Virus record (IMG/VR): IMGVR_UViG_3300047560_002412
Location: 64,728-128,727 of that record
DNA: 64,000 nucleotides
From: a virus
Strand: one strand, 5' to 3'
Below are positions 18,675-27,113 of the stretch, one piece after another (positions within the stretch are counted from its first letter, which is position 1; each line of letters opens with the position of its first letter). Made by a program: the position numbers and the translations under genes. The notes under the pieces are model-generated. The model was not told where the DNA came from, ran no database searches, and saw only the letters and a program-made list of their open reading frames with translations.

Positions 18675-19147
18675 TGAAATCACAAACACCTGCTGAAGGA
18701 ATTATGCTTACCCACGAATGGGGTAATAGCAAGATGTATAAAATTGTTTGCGGATGCGGTCAACCAAATCACGAACACGATCTTGATATTGAAGCAGATG
18801 AAACAGGTGTTAATGTAAATGTCTATACAACTATCAAAACAAATTATTGGGACGAAACCGTAAAAAATCGATACGATATTGATAATGTTTGGTTGCAAGA
18901 GTTTGATTGGGCATGGAAAAGTCTGGTTAATGGGATTGTTCGAAAAGTAAAATTAACTTGGGAATTGTGGTCTACTGGTGCAGTGACCGCACAAACTACT
19001 ATTGCTATGACTGAGCAACAGGCTTTTAATTATGCAGAAACTTTAAAATCTGCTGTTAAAGATGTTAAAGATTTTCGTAATCAACAACAAGCAAAAAAAG
19101 AAAACACAGCAACAATTAAACAGGCAAACGAAGGGGATTGTGTATAA
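18674..19147 (+). CDS. Hypothetical protein (CxC...HxH possible metal site)
   Basis: TAATG coupling; VCGCGQPNHEH. Confidence 0.7.
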   Translation: MKSQTPAEGIMLTHEWGNSKMYKIVCGCGQPNHEHDLDIEADETGVNVNVYTTIKTNYWDETVKNRYDIDNVWLQEFDWAWKSLVNGIVRKVKLTWELWSTGAVTAQTTIAMTEQQAFNYAETLKSAVKDVKDFRNQQQAKKENTATIKQANEGDCV

Positions 19148-20070
19148 TGGCTACTAAAAAACAAAAAGAAGAATTAATCGAGATTCTTAAATTTACTCCC
19201 CGCACATATAGACTTGAACTAGGTGCATATGGTGGGGAATGCTATTTTGGAAAAGTAGATCGTAAAATTTATGATTTCTTTAAAGAACATAAAATTGATC
19301 TAGACGAATATGCCAGTGACTGGGATGACGAGAAGTGGACTTTTGTCCCAGACGATCTTCGACCGTTTCCTCCCGGTGCACCGTATGATGGTCATAACTC
19401 TATTCAATGTAGTGGCGCTACATTAGACAATGGCAATTACTTAACTATCTACGACGAAAACAATGACGAAGTGTTTCAATGCACACTTGATCCGGAAGAT
19501 CTAGACAATCATGGTATTGAAGTAAACTGCTGGGAAGAAGAATATATTGATGACTATGACGAAGGTACGATTGTCTTTTGGGGTGGTCAAGGTGAAAAGG
19601 GTCTATTGTTTGGAGCGGAAATTGAACTTAAACAACCATTTGATCCTAAAAAAATAAAACTTAATTATAGCAATGCCGACGGATGGTGTATTGTTAACGG
19701 TGTTGAATATAATGAAGAAGAATTAGATAATAATGATTATTCTACCACAGGCAAATGGGGAGAAAACAAATGGATCATTGTTGGCGATACAGAAGAAGTC
19801 TACGAAGGTGTTAGCCGCGAGGATGTTGATCCCGATGAAGAAGAACAAGAAACTACCGAATGGCCTGTAGCTGAAGAACCTGCAAAAACAGATTGGTTTG
19901 ACAAAGATGTTAAGCCAGAATATAAAGGCGAATACGAAGTTTGTATAGATGCTCCGTGGCCGTTAGGCGGCCCGGGGATGGCAGAATGGACTGGAAGAAC
20001 TTGGAAACAAGACGATAAAAAAGTTAAAATTACTCAATGGCGCGGACTAACAGAAAACCCTGAGGCATAA
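19147..20070 (+). CDS. Acidic hypothetical protein
   Basis: TAATG coupling; strongly D/E-rich. Confidence 0.75.
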   Translation: MATKKQKEELIEILKFTPRTYRLELGAYGGECYFGKVDRKIYDFFKEHKIDLDEYASDWDDEKWTFVPDDLRPFPPGAPYDGHNSIQCSGATLDNGNYLTIYDENNDEVFQCTLDPEDLDNHGIEVNCWEEEYIDDYDEGTIVFWGGQGEKGLLFGAEIELKQPFDPKKIKLNYSNADGWCIVNGVEYNEEELDNNDYSTTGKWGENKWIIVGDTEEVYEGVSREDVDPDEEEQETTEWPVAEEPAKTDWFDKDVKPEYKGEYEVCIDAPWPLGGPGMAEWTGRTWKQDDKKVKITQWRGLTENPEA

Positions 20071-20071
20071 T

Positions 20072-20602
20072 ATGGCACATTATACTATTACTCCACTTGA
20101 AAAGAAAAGTATCTATATTGTTTATGAAATGTATCGTGAAAACGATGATGGCTCTATCAGTTGGTTTAATGTAGAAGACCACTATCGTTGGGGCAAAGGA
20201 TTTATTGCTGAAGATATGGAATGTAATCTATCAGCTGCTGATAGTCCTACCCAATATTGCAAAGCAGACGATGGTGAATATGATGGATGTGATCTTGAAG
20301 ATCAGGTTGCCTGCTGGTTTGAATTTAGCGACGATATCACTGAAGAAGAACAAGAAGAAATTAAAAAGAATTATTTAGAAGGTAACGATGACGGCATGTG
20401 TGGGGCAGGCTGGTTATTTGATGCTGAACATAACTGGCAAGAAGAAGATACATATGTTGTTGTGTTAGGCCCGTATAAGGTAGAATTTTGTGAACCAGAT
20501 GGAACCGTTATTCGTGAAGTAAAATTGCGTACTCAAGAAGAATGTAATAAACTTTATGAAGAAACTGGACAATATGTATCAAAAGATATTGAATTAAAAT
20601 GA
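20072..20602 (+). CDS. Acidic hypothetical protein
   Basis: GAGG RBS; D/E-rich with several Cys. Confidence 0.75.
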   Translation: MAHYTITPLEKKSIYIVYEMYRENDDGSISWFNVEDHYRWGKGFIAEDMECNLSAADSPTQYCKADDGEYDGCDLEDQVACWFEFSDDITEEEQEEIKKNYLEGNDDGMCGAGWLFDAEHNWQEEDTYVVVLGPYKVEFCEPDGTVIREVKLRTQEECNKLYEETGQYVSKDIELK

Positions 20603-21156
20603 AACAAGTTTCAAAAAGCCCTGAACGCATGACTTTTCAAAAAGAAGGATATGTAAAACGTCAGATCGAAAAGGGAGAACCCATCAATGAGAATTATTTG
20701 AAAATGTTTGAGAATCACCTCAATGAACACGATCAAAGGTTTGACGATCCCGAAAGATGTGTTAATGATATGGAATACGATCTCTTAACTGCTGATTGGA
20801 TTTTATCTAAAGTAAGATCTAGTGACACTTATGCTCAAAATTTATATGCGGCAATGTGTAACAACGGTTTCATTAAATTGGAAGTTATTCCTGTATTAAA
20901 ACAAGAAGAATGGGGTTGCTCTTGGCGTTATGCCGGAGGTATTATTGCAGATATGCAACAAAAAGGTGATTATATCGATTGGTACTGCTCTGGTATTCGA
21001 GGCGGCCTATCATATGACGACGATATCCAAAATGGATATTTTCCTGAAGGATTTATTACCGACGAGATCCGGAATGATCTTCAACGTCTTGGCTGGGCAG
21101 TAGCGCCTGGTGGAGATTGGGAAAATTTTAACACCAAAGGAGAAAAGGTAAAATAA
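20599..21156 (+). CDS. Hypothetical phage protein
   Basis: ATGA coupling; YAQNLYAAMCNN...SWRYAGGIIAD...YIDWYCSG. Confidence 0.75.
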   Translation: MKQVSKSPERMTFQKEGYVKRQIEKGEPINENYLKMFENHLNEHDQRFDDPERCVNDMEYDLLTADWILSKVRSSDTYAQNLYAAMCNNGFIKLEVIPVLKQEEWGCSWRYAGGIIADMQQKGDYIDWYCSGIRGGLSYDDDIQNGYFPEGFITDEIRNDLQRLGWAVAPGGDWENFNTKGEKVK

Positions 21157-21157
21157 A

Positions 21158-21349
21158 ATGACCTGGGAACTTTACGAGGTCTGGTCTGTTGATGCTGACG
21201 GACACGAAGAACTGATAGACACCACCAAAAGCCTTAAAGAGGCACGAGAAATGGCTGAAACAGCATTAGCTGATTTTCCGTCTGCAATTATATATAAAGA
21301 AACAGAAGACGGCGATATAATTGAAATTGAACGGTTGACTTCTGAATAA
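21158..21349 (+). CDS. Small acidic hypothetical protein
   Basis: AAGGT RBS; operon position. Confidence 0.65.
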   Translation: MTWELYEVWSVDADGHEELIDTTKSLKEAREMAETALADFPSAIIYKETEDGDIIEIERLTSE

Positions 21350-21363
21350 AATGGTGCTATAAT
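21335..21363 (+). promoter_or_regulatory. Sigma70 promoter with extended -10
   Basis: TTGACT-17 bp-TATAAT with TGc immediately before the -10. Confidence 0.75.
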
Positions 21364-21394
21364 ATATGTATTGTTTAATTAAGGAGTGAATCAA

Positions 21395-22567
21395 ATGGCA
21401 ACTAAACTCAAAAAAGCAGCGATCGCTATTCGTCAAAATAAAGGCCGTGATCTAAGTCCAAAATGGGACGAACACGAATCTATGACTGCTGACCAGTTTA
21501 GTAAGCATTTCCGTGATTCAATGACTTGGTATCGTTTAGAATCTTCTGGTAAGGAACTTAAACCCAAAGTTATTAACTGGATGGGTGCTAACGGTTATCC
21601 TAAAGATGTCATTAAAGCATTTAAAGATACTAAAGACAATCGTTGTTCTATTACCGTTGGTGCTATTGCCGCTAACTTGCTCAAAGGCATGCCTGCTCAT
21701 CGTGCAGACTTTAACGAAGGTCGCAACACAGCAGAATGGTTAAGTAAAGCCATTGCCAAAATTATTGACGAAGGCAAAGACGACGAACAAGAGCCCGAAG
21801 AAGGCCAAGAGGTCAAACCTGTCGTTGCAGGTCCTAGTATTCAAGAACGTGTTCGAGATGCCGCTTATGCAATGACTGAAGAAATTGAAGATGCTATTGA
21901 ATCGTTTTCTGCAGACCCAGATGCTTTTGATCCTAAGGCATTTAAGATTTTGAATCTATTGCGTGGTCGTCAAGTTAAAGCGGCTCATGCCCGTATTATT
22001 AAAAACTTTTATCAGCGTCAACATGACGAATTTGTTGAAGCCGCAACTACTAAAGACGAGCAATTAAAAGAAGGATATAGTCATCTTTCTAAAGCAAACT
22101 TAAAAAAGATTACTACGTTCTACTCTGAAATTCTTTCTGCTTGCGACATGCTAGCACAAGAAGCTAAGGTCAATAAGAAGCCTCGTGCTAAGAAACCTAC
22201 CGACAAAGCTAAACTTGTTGCTAAGATGAAATATCTCAAACAAGACGATAAACTCAAACTAGTTTCTATCAATCCTATTGATATTATCGGTTCTAAAGAG
22301 CTCTGGGTCTTTAATACAAAGAGTCGAAAACTTGGAAAATATGTTGCCGGTGAATTTAGCGAACTTGGAGTAAAAGGTACTTCAATTACAGGTTTTGACG
22401 AGCATAAGAGTATTCAAAAGACCTTGCGTAAACCAGAAGAGCAACTTAAAGAATTTAAAGCGGCGGGCAAGGTTGCGTTGCGTAAATTCTTGGACGATAT
22501 TAAAGCAGTAGATATTAAACTTAACGGACGAATCAACGAAGAAGTTATTCTTCTTAGGTTGGTCTAA
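21395..22567 (+). CDS. Hypothetical protein (Lys-rich C-terminal half)
   Basis: AAGGAG RBS, own promoter, highly-expressed-type codon usage. Confidence 0.8.
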   Translation: MATKLKKAAIAIRQNKGRDLSPKWDEHESMTADQFSKHFRDSMTWYRLESSGKELKPKVINWMGANGYPKDVIKAFKDTKDNRCSITVGAIAANLLKGMPAHRADFNEGRNTAEWLSKAIAKIIDEGKDDEQEPEEGQEVKPVVAGPSIQERVRDAAYAMTEEIEDAIESFSADPDAFDPKAFKILNLLRGRQVKAAHARIIKNFYQRQHDEFVEAATTKDEQLKEGYSHLSKANLKKITTFYSEILSACDMLAQEAKVNKKPRAKKPTDKAKLVAKMKYLKQDDKLKLVSINPIDIIGSKELWVFNTKSRKLGKYVAGEFSELGVKGTSITGFDEHKSIQKTLRKPEEQLKEFKAAGKVALRKFLDDIKAVDIKLNGRINEEVILLRLV

Positions 22568-22978
22568 TTAAGTAAAATACGGAACATATCTTTGTGTTCC
22601 GTTTATAGTAATCTGCATATACCCCGTTGGAACCACAGCGTTCGACGGGGTTCCTGTTGATGTAGACACCGCAGAAACAGCAAATACTCCGGCAGTTAAA
22701 GTATCTGTACTAGGGTTATAATATAAGTTAACATCAGTTCTAGGTGTAAAAGATCCAGTAGCTGAGTTAGAAAATATTAGATAGTTTGAAGCGTTTGTAG
22801 AATTATCAGCGGTTATTGCAAGTGCCGCGGCAATTTCAAAAGAGTCATTTGTATCGTTGGGCGTTAGTGTAATATTTCCGCCCGCAGAAATAGTAAGTGT
22901 ATCTCCTACTTGTTCTGCCCTAATAGTTGTTGCTCCAATTGTAATATTTCTAAACGCATCTGTGGTTGCGACTGGCAT
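22568..22978 (-). CDS. Small tail-fibre-like protein
   Basis: FRNITIG..IRAEQVGDTLTISAGGNITLT resembles repeats of 38593..40266; C-terminal PTGYMQITINGTQRYVPYF; GGAG RBS and TAAATA upstream. Confidence 0.6.
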   Translation of the reverse strand: MPVATTDAFRNITIGATTIRAEQVGDTLTISAGGNITLTPNDTNDSFEIAAALAITADNSTNASNYLIFSNSATGSFTPRTDVNLYYNPSTDTLTAGVFAVSAVSTSTGTPSNAVVPTGYMQITINGTQRYVPYFT

Positions 22979-22996
22979 AAAAACTCCTCTTTTGGA

Positions 22997-23026
22997 TATT
23001 TATCGCAAAACAACTATTGATAAATA
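22997..23026. promoter_or_regulatory. Back-to-back TAAATA putative late promoters
   Basis: TAAATA (-) 22997-23002 and (+) 23021-23026 at a divergent junction. Confidence 0.5.
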
Positions 23027-23033
23027 TCTTACT

Positions 23034-24176
23034 ATGAGCAAAAACAACATCGATCAAGCCTTAACTTACCTAGCAAGCAGCATTCAATCCCTAGTTGAAA
23101 ATGCTGACAAACCCGGTATTAATCTTGCTACTTTTCATAAAGACCTTCCAAAAAGAAGTCTTAGCGGTGATCACATTTCTGGTGGAAAAATCTTAGGATT
23201 TGCAAGTGCCGGAATCAACGACAAAGCCACAGCTGAACAAATTATTATCGAAGACAATAACGTTTATATTTCAAAAATAAAAACTGGACAAGTTTTAGGT
23301 GATCTATCTGTTGAAAAATCTGTGATTGCAGAAAATATTAATGTCTTAGGAACACTAAAAGCTCAAGTCATTGAAGTGAATGAATTAAAAGCTGATCTAA
23401 GATTTGAGAGATCAAGCTCGTTAGAGTTTAAAAAAACAGAACAAGAAGGTATTTTTGGTAAAGGCATTCTTTGGATTGGCGAAGGTAACGCTAAACAATT
23501 TGTGTACAACGGCAATCCAGATAGATTGTTTTCGTCTGAAAATCTTTATTTAGGAAAAGATAAACATATAGGTATTGACAATATACCTGTTCTTTCTTCA
23601 ACCGCTCTCGGAAACACCGTTACTAAAAGTAACTTAAGAGAAGTAGGTAGACTTAAAGGATTATTAGTTGACGGTGACGTTGTTATTGATCAATATGTAT
23701 TCTATAATTCTACCGCTAGTCGACTTGGAGTAGGTATTGAATTACCCAATGCTGGTTTCTCTGTTGCTGAAGACGGCATCGAAGTTATGGTTGGTAGTAG
23801 GGAACAGACCAGAGGAATCATTGGTACATACGCCAGTAAACAATTTGATATTGTAACGGATAATATATCACGCATTAGTGTTTCAGCAGGTGGAGATATA
23901 TTATTAGGAAATACTACAGAACAACCTATTCAAGTTTCAGTACATGGTAAAGTTGCCATTAGAGTTAAAAATCCAGATCCAGAAGTTGATCTGCATGTTG
24001 GCGGAGCTGTTAGATTCCACGGACACATTCATCAATACGCCGATTCGGCACCAACATCAGGAAACTTTAAACCAGGAGATGTTGTCTGGAATACCAACCC
24101 ACAAACACATGCAGGATGGATCTGCGTTAGAGCAGGAAATCCAGGCGAATGGAAAAAGTTTGGTAAATTAGAGTAA
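23034..24176 (+). CDS. Putative virion/fibre-like beta-rich protein
   Basis: ATG 23034 after TAAATA; SNLREVGRL, RLGVGIELP, GDVVWN...GWICV..G.PGEW motifs; paralog of the next gene. Confidence 0.65.
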   Translation: MSKNNIDQALTYLASSIQSLVENADKPGINLATFHKDLPKRSLSGDHISGGKILGFASAGINDKATAEQIIIEDNNVYISKIKTGQVLGDLSVEKSVIAENINVLGTLKAQVIEVNELKADLRFERSSSLEFKKTEQEGIFGKGILWIGEGNAKQFVYNGNPDRLFSSENLYLGKDKHIGIDNIPVLSSTALGNTVTKSNLREVGRLKGLLVDGDVVIDQYVFYNSTASRLGVGIELPNAGFSVAEDGIEVMVGSREQTRGIIGTYASKQFDIVTDNISRISVSAGGDILLGNTTEQPIQVSVHGKVAIRVKNPDPEVDLHVGGAVRFHGHIHQYADSAPTSGNFKPGDVVWNTNPQTHAGWICVRAGNPGEWKKFGKLE

Positions 24177-24185
24177 GAGAAAAAT

Positions 24186-25040
24186 ATGTCAGACAAAATT
24201 AATCTTGCGTTAGATACAATTACAAAAGCGTTGAAAGATCTTGCTGAAGGACGAGAAGGGTCTATTAGTAATCCTACATTTGTTGAATTTAAATCAAACG
24301 ACACCGGTCTTTATGGCAAAGGTTTCATTTGGTCGGGAGAAGGCAATTCTAAACAAATTGTATTCAATGGAAATCCTGATAGATTTTTTATTTCCGAAAA
24401 CATTGAATTAGGAAAAGACAAATCTGTATTGATAGATAATTCCCCTGTGTTATCAGCACACGAATTAGGGAACAGCGTAATTAAAAGTAATTTAAGACAA
24501 CTTGGTAGATTAAAAGGTTTATTAGTAGATGGTGATGTAGTTATTGATCAATATGTATTTTATAAATCTGCAAGCAGCAGAATTGGTGTTGGTATAGAAA
24601 TGCCTAACTCTGCACTAAGCGTTGCTGAAGAAGGATTAGAAATTGTCATTGGGGCCGAAAATTCTAAAGGTAAAATTGGAACATTTGCCAGCAATGATTT
24701 AAACATAGTAACTGATAACACTCCTAGAATAACAATTGAAGCAGGCGGAAATATTAAATTTGGTAATAAAGCAGAAGGACCAATTCAAGTTTCAGTACAT
24801 GGTAAAGTTTCTGTTGGTGTTCAGACTATGGACTCGCGGGCTGATCTTCATGTTAAAGGTCCTATTAAATTCAACGACAAGTTACATCAATATAAATCAA
24901 GTCCTCCTGAATTTGGTTCTCATGAAAGAGGAGACATTGTTTGGAATTCAGAACCTGAAAAAGGAAAATCTGTTGGCTGGATATGTGTTCGATCAGGCGA
25001 GCCCGGAGAATGGTTACCCTTTGGCGAAATTAAAGGATAA
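24186..25040 (+). CDS. Putative virion/fibre-like protein, tandem paralog of 23034..24176
   Basis: Near-identical blocks, e.g. GRLKGLLVDGDVVIDQYVFY and NGNPDR. Confidence 0.65.
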   Translation: MSDKINLALDTITKALKDLAEGREGSISNPTFVEFKSNDTGLYGKGFIWSGEGNSKQIVFNGNPDRFFISENIELGKDKSVLIDNSPVLSAHELGNSVIKSNLRQLGRLKGLLVDGDVVIDQYVFYKSASSRIGVGIEMPNSALSVAEEGLEIVIGAENSKGKIGTFASNDLNIVTDNTPRITIEAGGNIKFGNKAEGPIQVSVHGKVSVGVQTMDSRADLHVKGPIKFNDKLHQYKSSPPEFGSHERGDIVWNSEPEKGKSVGWICVRSGEPGEWLPFGEIKG

Positions 25041-25609
25041 TGAATTCATTAGTAATCGGTAACGGTGAAAGTAGAAAAAACGTAGACCTTTCACAATTTA
25101 TAGATTATACACTAGTAGGATGTAACGCAATACATAGAGATATGTGTGTAGACCATCTTATATGCTGCGACATGAGAATGGTGCGAGAAGCATTAAAAAA
25201 TCCCAATAACAAAAAAACAATTATATACACTAGAAAGGAATGGCTGTCCTTTTTTCCTAATGTTAAAGAACTTCCTGACTTGCCTTATACTGGTTCTTTA
25301 AGAATAGATAATCCCTTTCATTGGAATAGCGGTCCTTACGCTCTATTAATTGCAGCAACCATGGCAGATAACATTACATTAGTGGGTTTTGATCTATGGG
25401 GTAACAATAATAAAGTTAATAATATCTATAAAAACACATCAAACTATTCATCATCAACATCAAATGCTGTAGATCCAAATTATTGGATATATCAAATTAA
25501 AAAAATATTTGAATTTTTTCCTAATAAAAATTTTACAATTTTAAATAATCCTAATTGGGATTTTCCTAAAGATTGGCAAAAAAATAATGTATCGTTCCTT
25601 GCGTTATAA
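25040..25609 (+). CDS. GT29/Maf-like (DUF115-type) Rossmann-like protein
   Basis: LVIGNGESR, GCNA, NSG..A...A, LVGFDL motifs. Confidence 0.55.
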   Translation: MNSLVIGNGESRKNVDLSQFIDYTLVGCNAIHRDMCVDHLICCDMRMVREALKNPNNKKTIIYTRKEWLSFFPNVKELPDLPYTGSLRIDNPFHWNSGPYALLIAATMADNITLVGFDLWGNNNKVNNIYKNTSNYSSSTSNAVDPNYWIYQIKKIFEFFPNKNFTILNNPNWDFPKDWQKNNVSFLAL

Positions 25610-25627
25610 ATAACTTTATAGTACAAT
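25599..25627 (+). promoter_or_regulatory. Sigma70 promoter for queD with embedded late TATAAATA
   Basis: TTGCGT-17 bp-TACAAT; TATAAATA at 25605-25612 inside the spacer. Confidence 0.6.
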
Positions 25628-25635
25628 AAGTCTAT

Positions 25636-25676
25636 AGAGGACTTGGCGTCATCCCTCTCAAAATACTCTGCTGCCA
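25636..25676 (+). promoter_or_regulatory. Candidate preQ1-I-like riboswitch (H-type pseudoknot) in the queD leader
   Basis: P1 AGAGG/CCTCT, loop ACTTGGCGTCATC, A-rich tail CAAAATACT, downstream TGCCA complementary to loop TGGCG; directly upstream of queD. Confidence 0.55.
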
Positions 25677-25710
25677 TCAAACTCGCTCAACTTTATAAAG
25701 GAGACAAGAG

Positions 25711-26244
25711 ATGGCGAAATTTTATTCAACAAAAACATACGGTAACGACCGCGGCTTATCATGCTGTTTTAGACAATGGCGTGCCACCCACAGCCACTGC
25801 TCAACATTACACGGATACTCAATTGGAATCAAATTAATTTTTGAAGCTGATACATTAGACGATAAAAATTGGGCTATGGATTTCGGTGGACTTAAAGAAT
25901 TCAAAGCATGGGCAGATCATATGTTCGATCACACTTTGGTAATCGCCGAAGACGACCCAATGTTAGATCGTTTTAAAACAATGTCTGGTTGGAGTTCAAA
26001 TCCAGAACACGACAATAATCCGGAACGTGTACAAGTTGAACCGTACCGCCGTAGCGGTGTTTGTGATTTGCGTATTGTACCTGCGGTAGGCTGTGAAATG
26101 TTTGCCAAGATGTGCTACGACAAGATGGCTGAACTATTAGCATCAGGTAACCTAAGATATCCAATCAATCCAAGTGTAAGAGTTAAATCAGTAGAAGTAT
26201 TCGAACACGGTGCGAACTCTGCAATCTACGAGGGCGATGCGTAA
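25711..26244 (+). CDS. queD: 6-carboxytetrahydropterin synthase QueD / PTPS family
   Basis: HCSTLHGYS, MDFGGLK, FDH, VEVFEHGANSA; AAGGAG RBS. Confidence 0.88.
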   Translation: MAKFYSTKTYGNDRGLSCCFRQWRATHSHCSTLHGYSIGIKLIFEADTLDDKNWAMDFGGLKEFKAWADHMFDHTLVIAEDDPMLDRFKTMSGWSSNPEHDNNPERVQVEPYRRSGVCDLRIVPAVGCEMFAKMCYDKMAELLASGNLRYPINPSVRVKSVEVFEHGANSAIYEGDA

Positions 26245-26395
26245 AGTATGGCGAATCTGGGCTAAGGCCCTTGGAGAGAAAGCAGGGGCTACCAAGCAGG
26301 AAGCTGATATGGTAGCCCTTGTTCGAACTGCCATTATTCTTTGTTATATAATTACAAATCTTTTTATTGTGGCAGGCGTTATACGACATTGGTGA
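26237..26395 (+). CDS. Small membrane protein
   Basis: WRIWAKALGEK...ADMVALVRT...NLFIVAGVIRHW; GAGGG RBS. Confidence 0.6.
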   Translation: MRKVWRIWAKALGEKAGATKQEADMVALVRTAIILCYIITNLFIVAGVIRHW

Positions 26396-26399
26396 TTTA

Positions 26400-27095
26400 A
26401 TGATTAGTGTATTGTGTGTTCGATTTGGAAATAAGTATGGACCAGAATATGTGGAAAGACTACGCAATATGGTCGCTCGACATCTTACCGTGCCTTACGA
26501 ATTTATATGCTTAACAGATGATCAACACCCTATAGAAGGTGTGAGAAGCATTATCTTAGCTGATCAAGGCTATACTAAAAAGTGGTGGCATAAAGTTCAT
26601 ATGTTTGATCCTGGACTTGGATTAAATGGAAGAATTTTGTATCTTGATTTAGATGTTGTTATAGTTAATAACATTGATAAACTTGTCAAAGATTATACTA
26701 AAAATGAATTCCTAGGCATTAGAGATTTTAATAGAAAGTTTAATCCTGCTTGGAAAATTTTAAACAGCTCTGTAATGAGTTGGGTAGCAGGGCAGCATCC
26801 AGATATCTATACCGTTTTTAAAAATAACATGAATAAGGCACAGCAACTACACGGAGATCAAGATTGGATATTCCAAGTAGCCAAAGGTAGGATAATATTT
26901 TGGCCAGATCAATATATCATGAGTTATAAATGGGAAATTAGAGATAGAACAGAAATTTCTTTTGGAACCATGCCAAGAAAATTTAAAACAATTAAAAATC
27001 CAACCATTCCGATTGATTGTTCAATTTTGGTATTTCACGGAGATCCAAATCCACACGATGTTGAAGATCCTATTATTGTTGACAACTGGCAATAA
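26400..27095 (+). CDS. GT-A glycosyltransferase-like protein (GT8-like)
   Basis: GNKY...YV, WWHK, LYLDLDVVI (DxD), NSSVM, GDQ, FHGDPNP. Confidence 0.7.
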   Translation: MISVLCVRFGNKYGPEYVERLRNMVARHLTVPYEFICLTDDQHPIEGVRSIILADQGYTKKWWHKVHMFDPGLGLNGRILYLDLDVVIVNNIDKLVKDYTKNEFLGIRDFNRKFNPAWKILNSSVMSWVAGQHPDIYTVFKNNMNKAQQLHGDQDWIFQVAKGRIIFWPDQYIMSYKWEIRDRTEISFGTMPRKFKTIKNPTIPIDCSILVFHGDPNPHDVEDPIIVDNWQ

Positions 27096-27107
27096 AGATT
27101 GTATAAT
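27079..27107 (+). promoter_or_regulatory. Consensus sigma70 promoter (leaderless uvsE)
   Basis: TTGACA-17 bp-TATAAT; ATG follows after a 6-nt spacer. Confidence 0.8.
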
Positions 27108-27113
27108 AGTAGT

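Noticed and set aside
22857-23033. 59-aa N-terminal extension of the 439-aa ORF
   Set aside because: Antisense to 22568..22978 and upstream of the TAAATA motif; ATG 23034 matches the paralog's start
25643-25837. Possible leader peptide ORF over the queD leader
   Set aside because: TTG start within the hairpin, no RBS, overlaps queD out of frame; the RNA structure explains the region better
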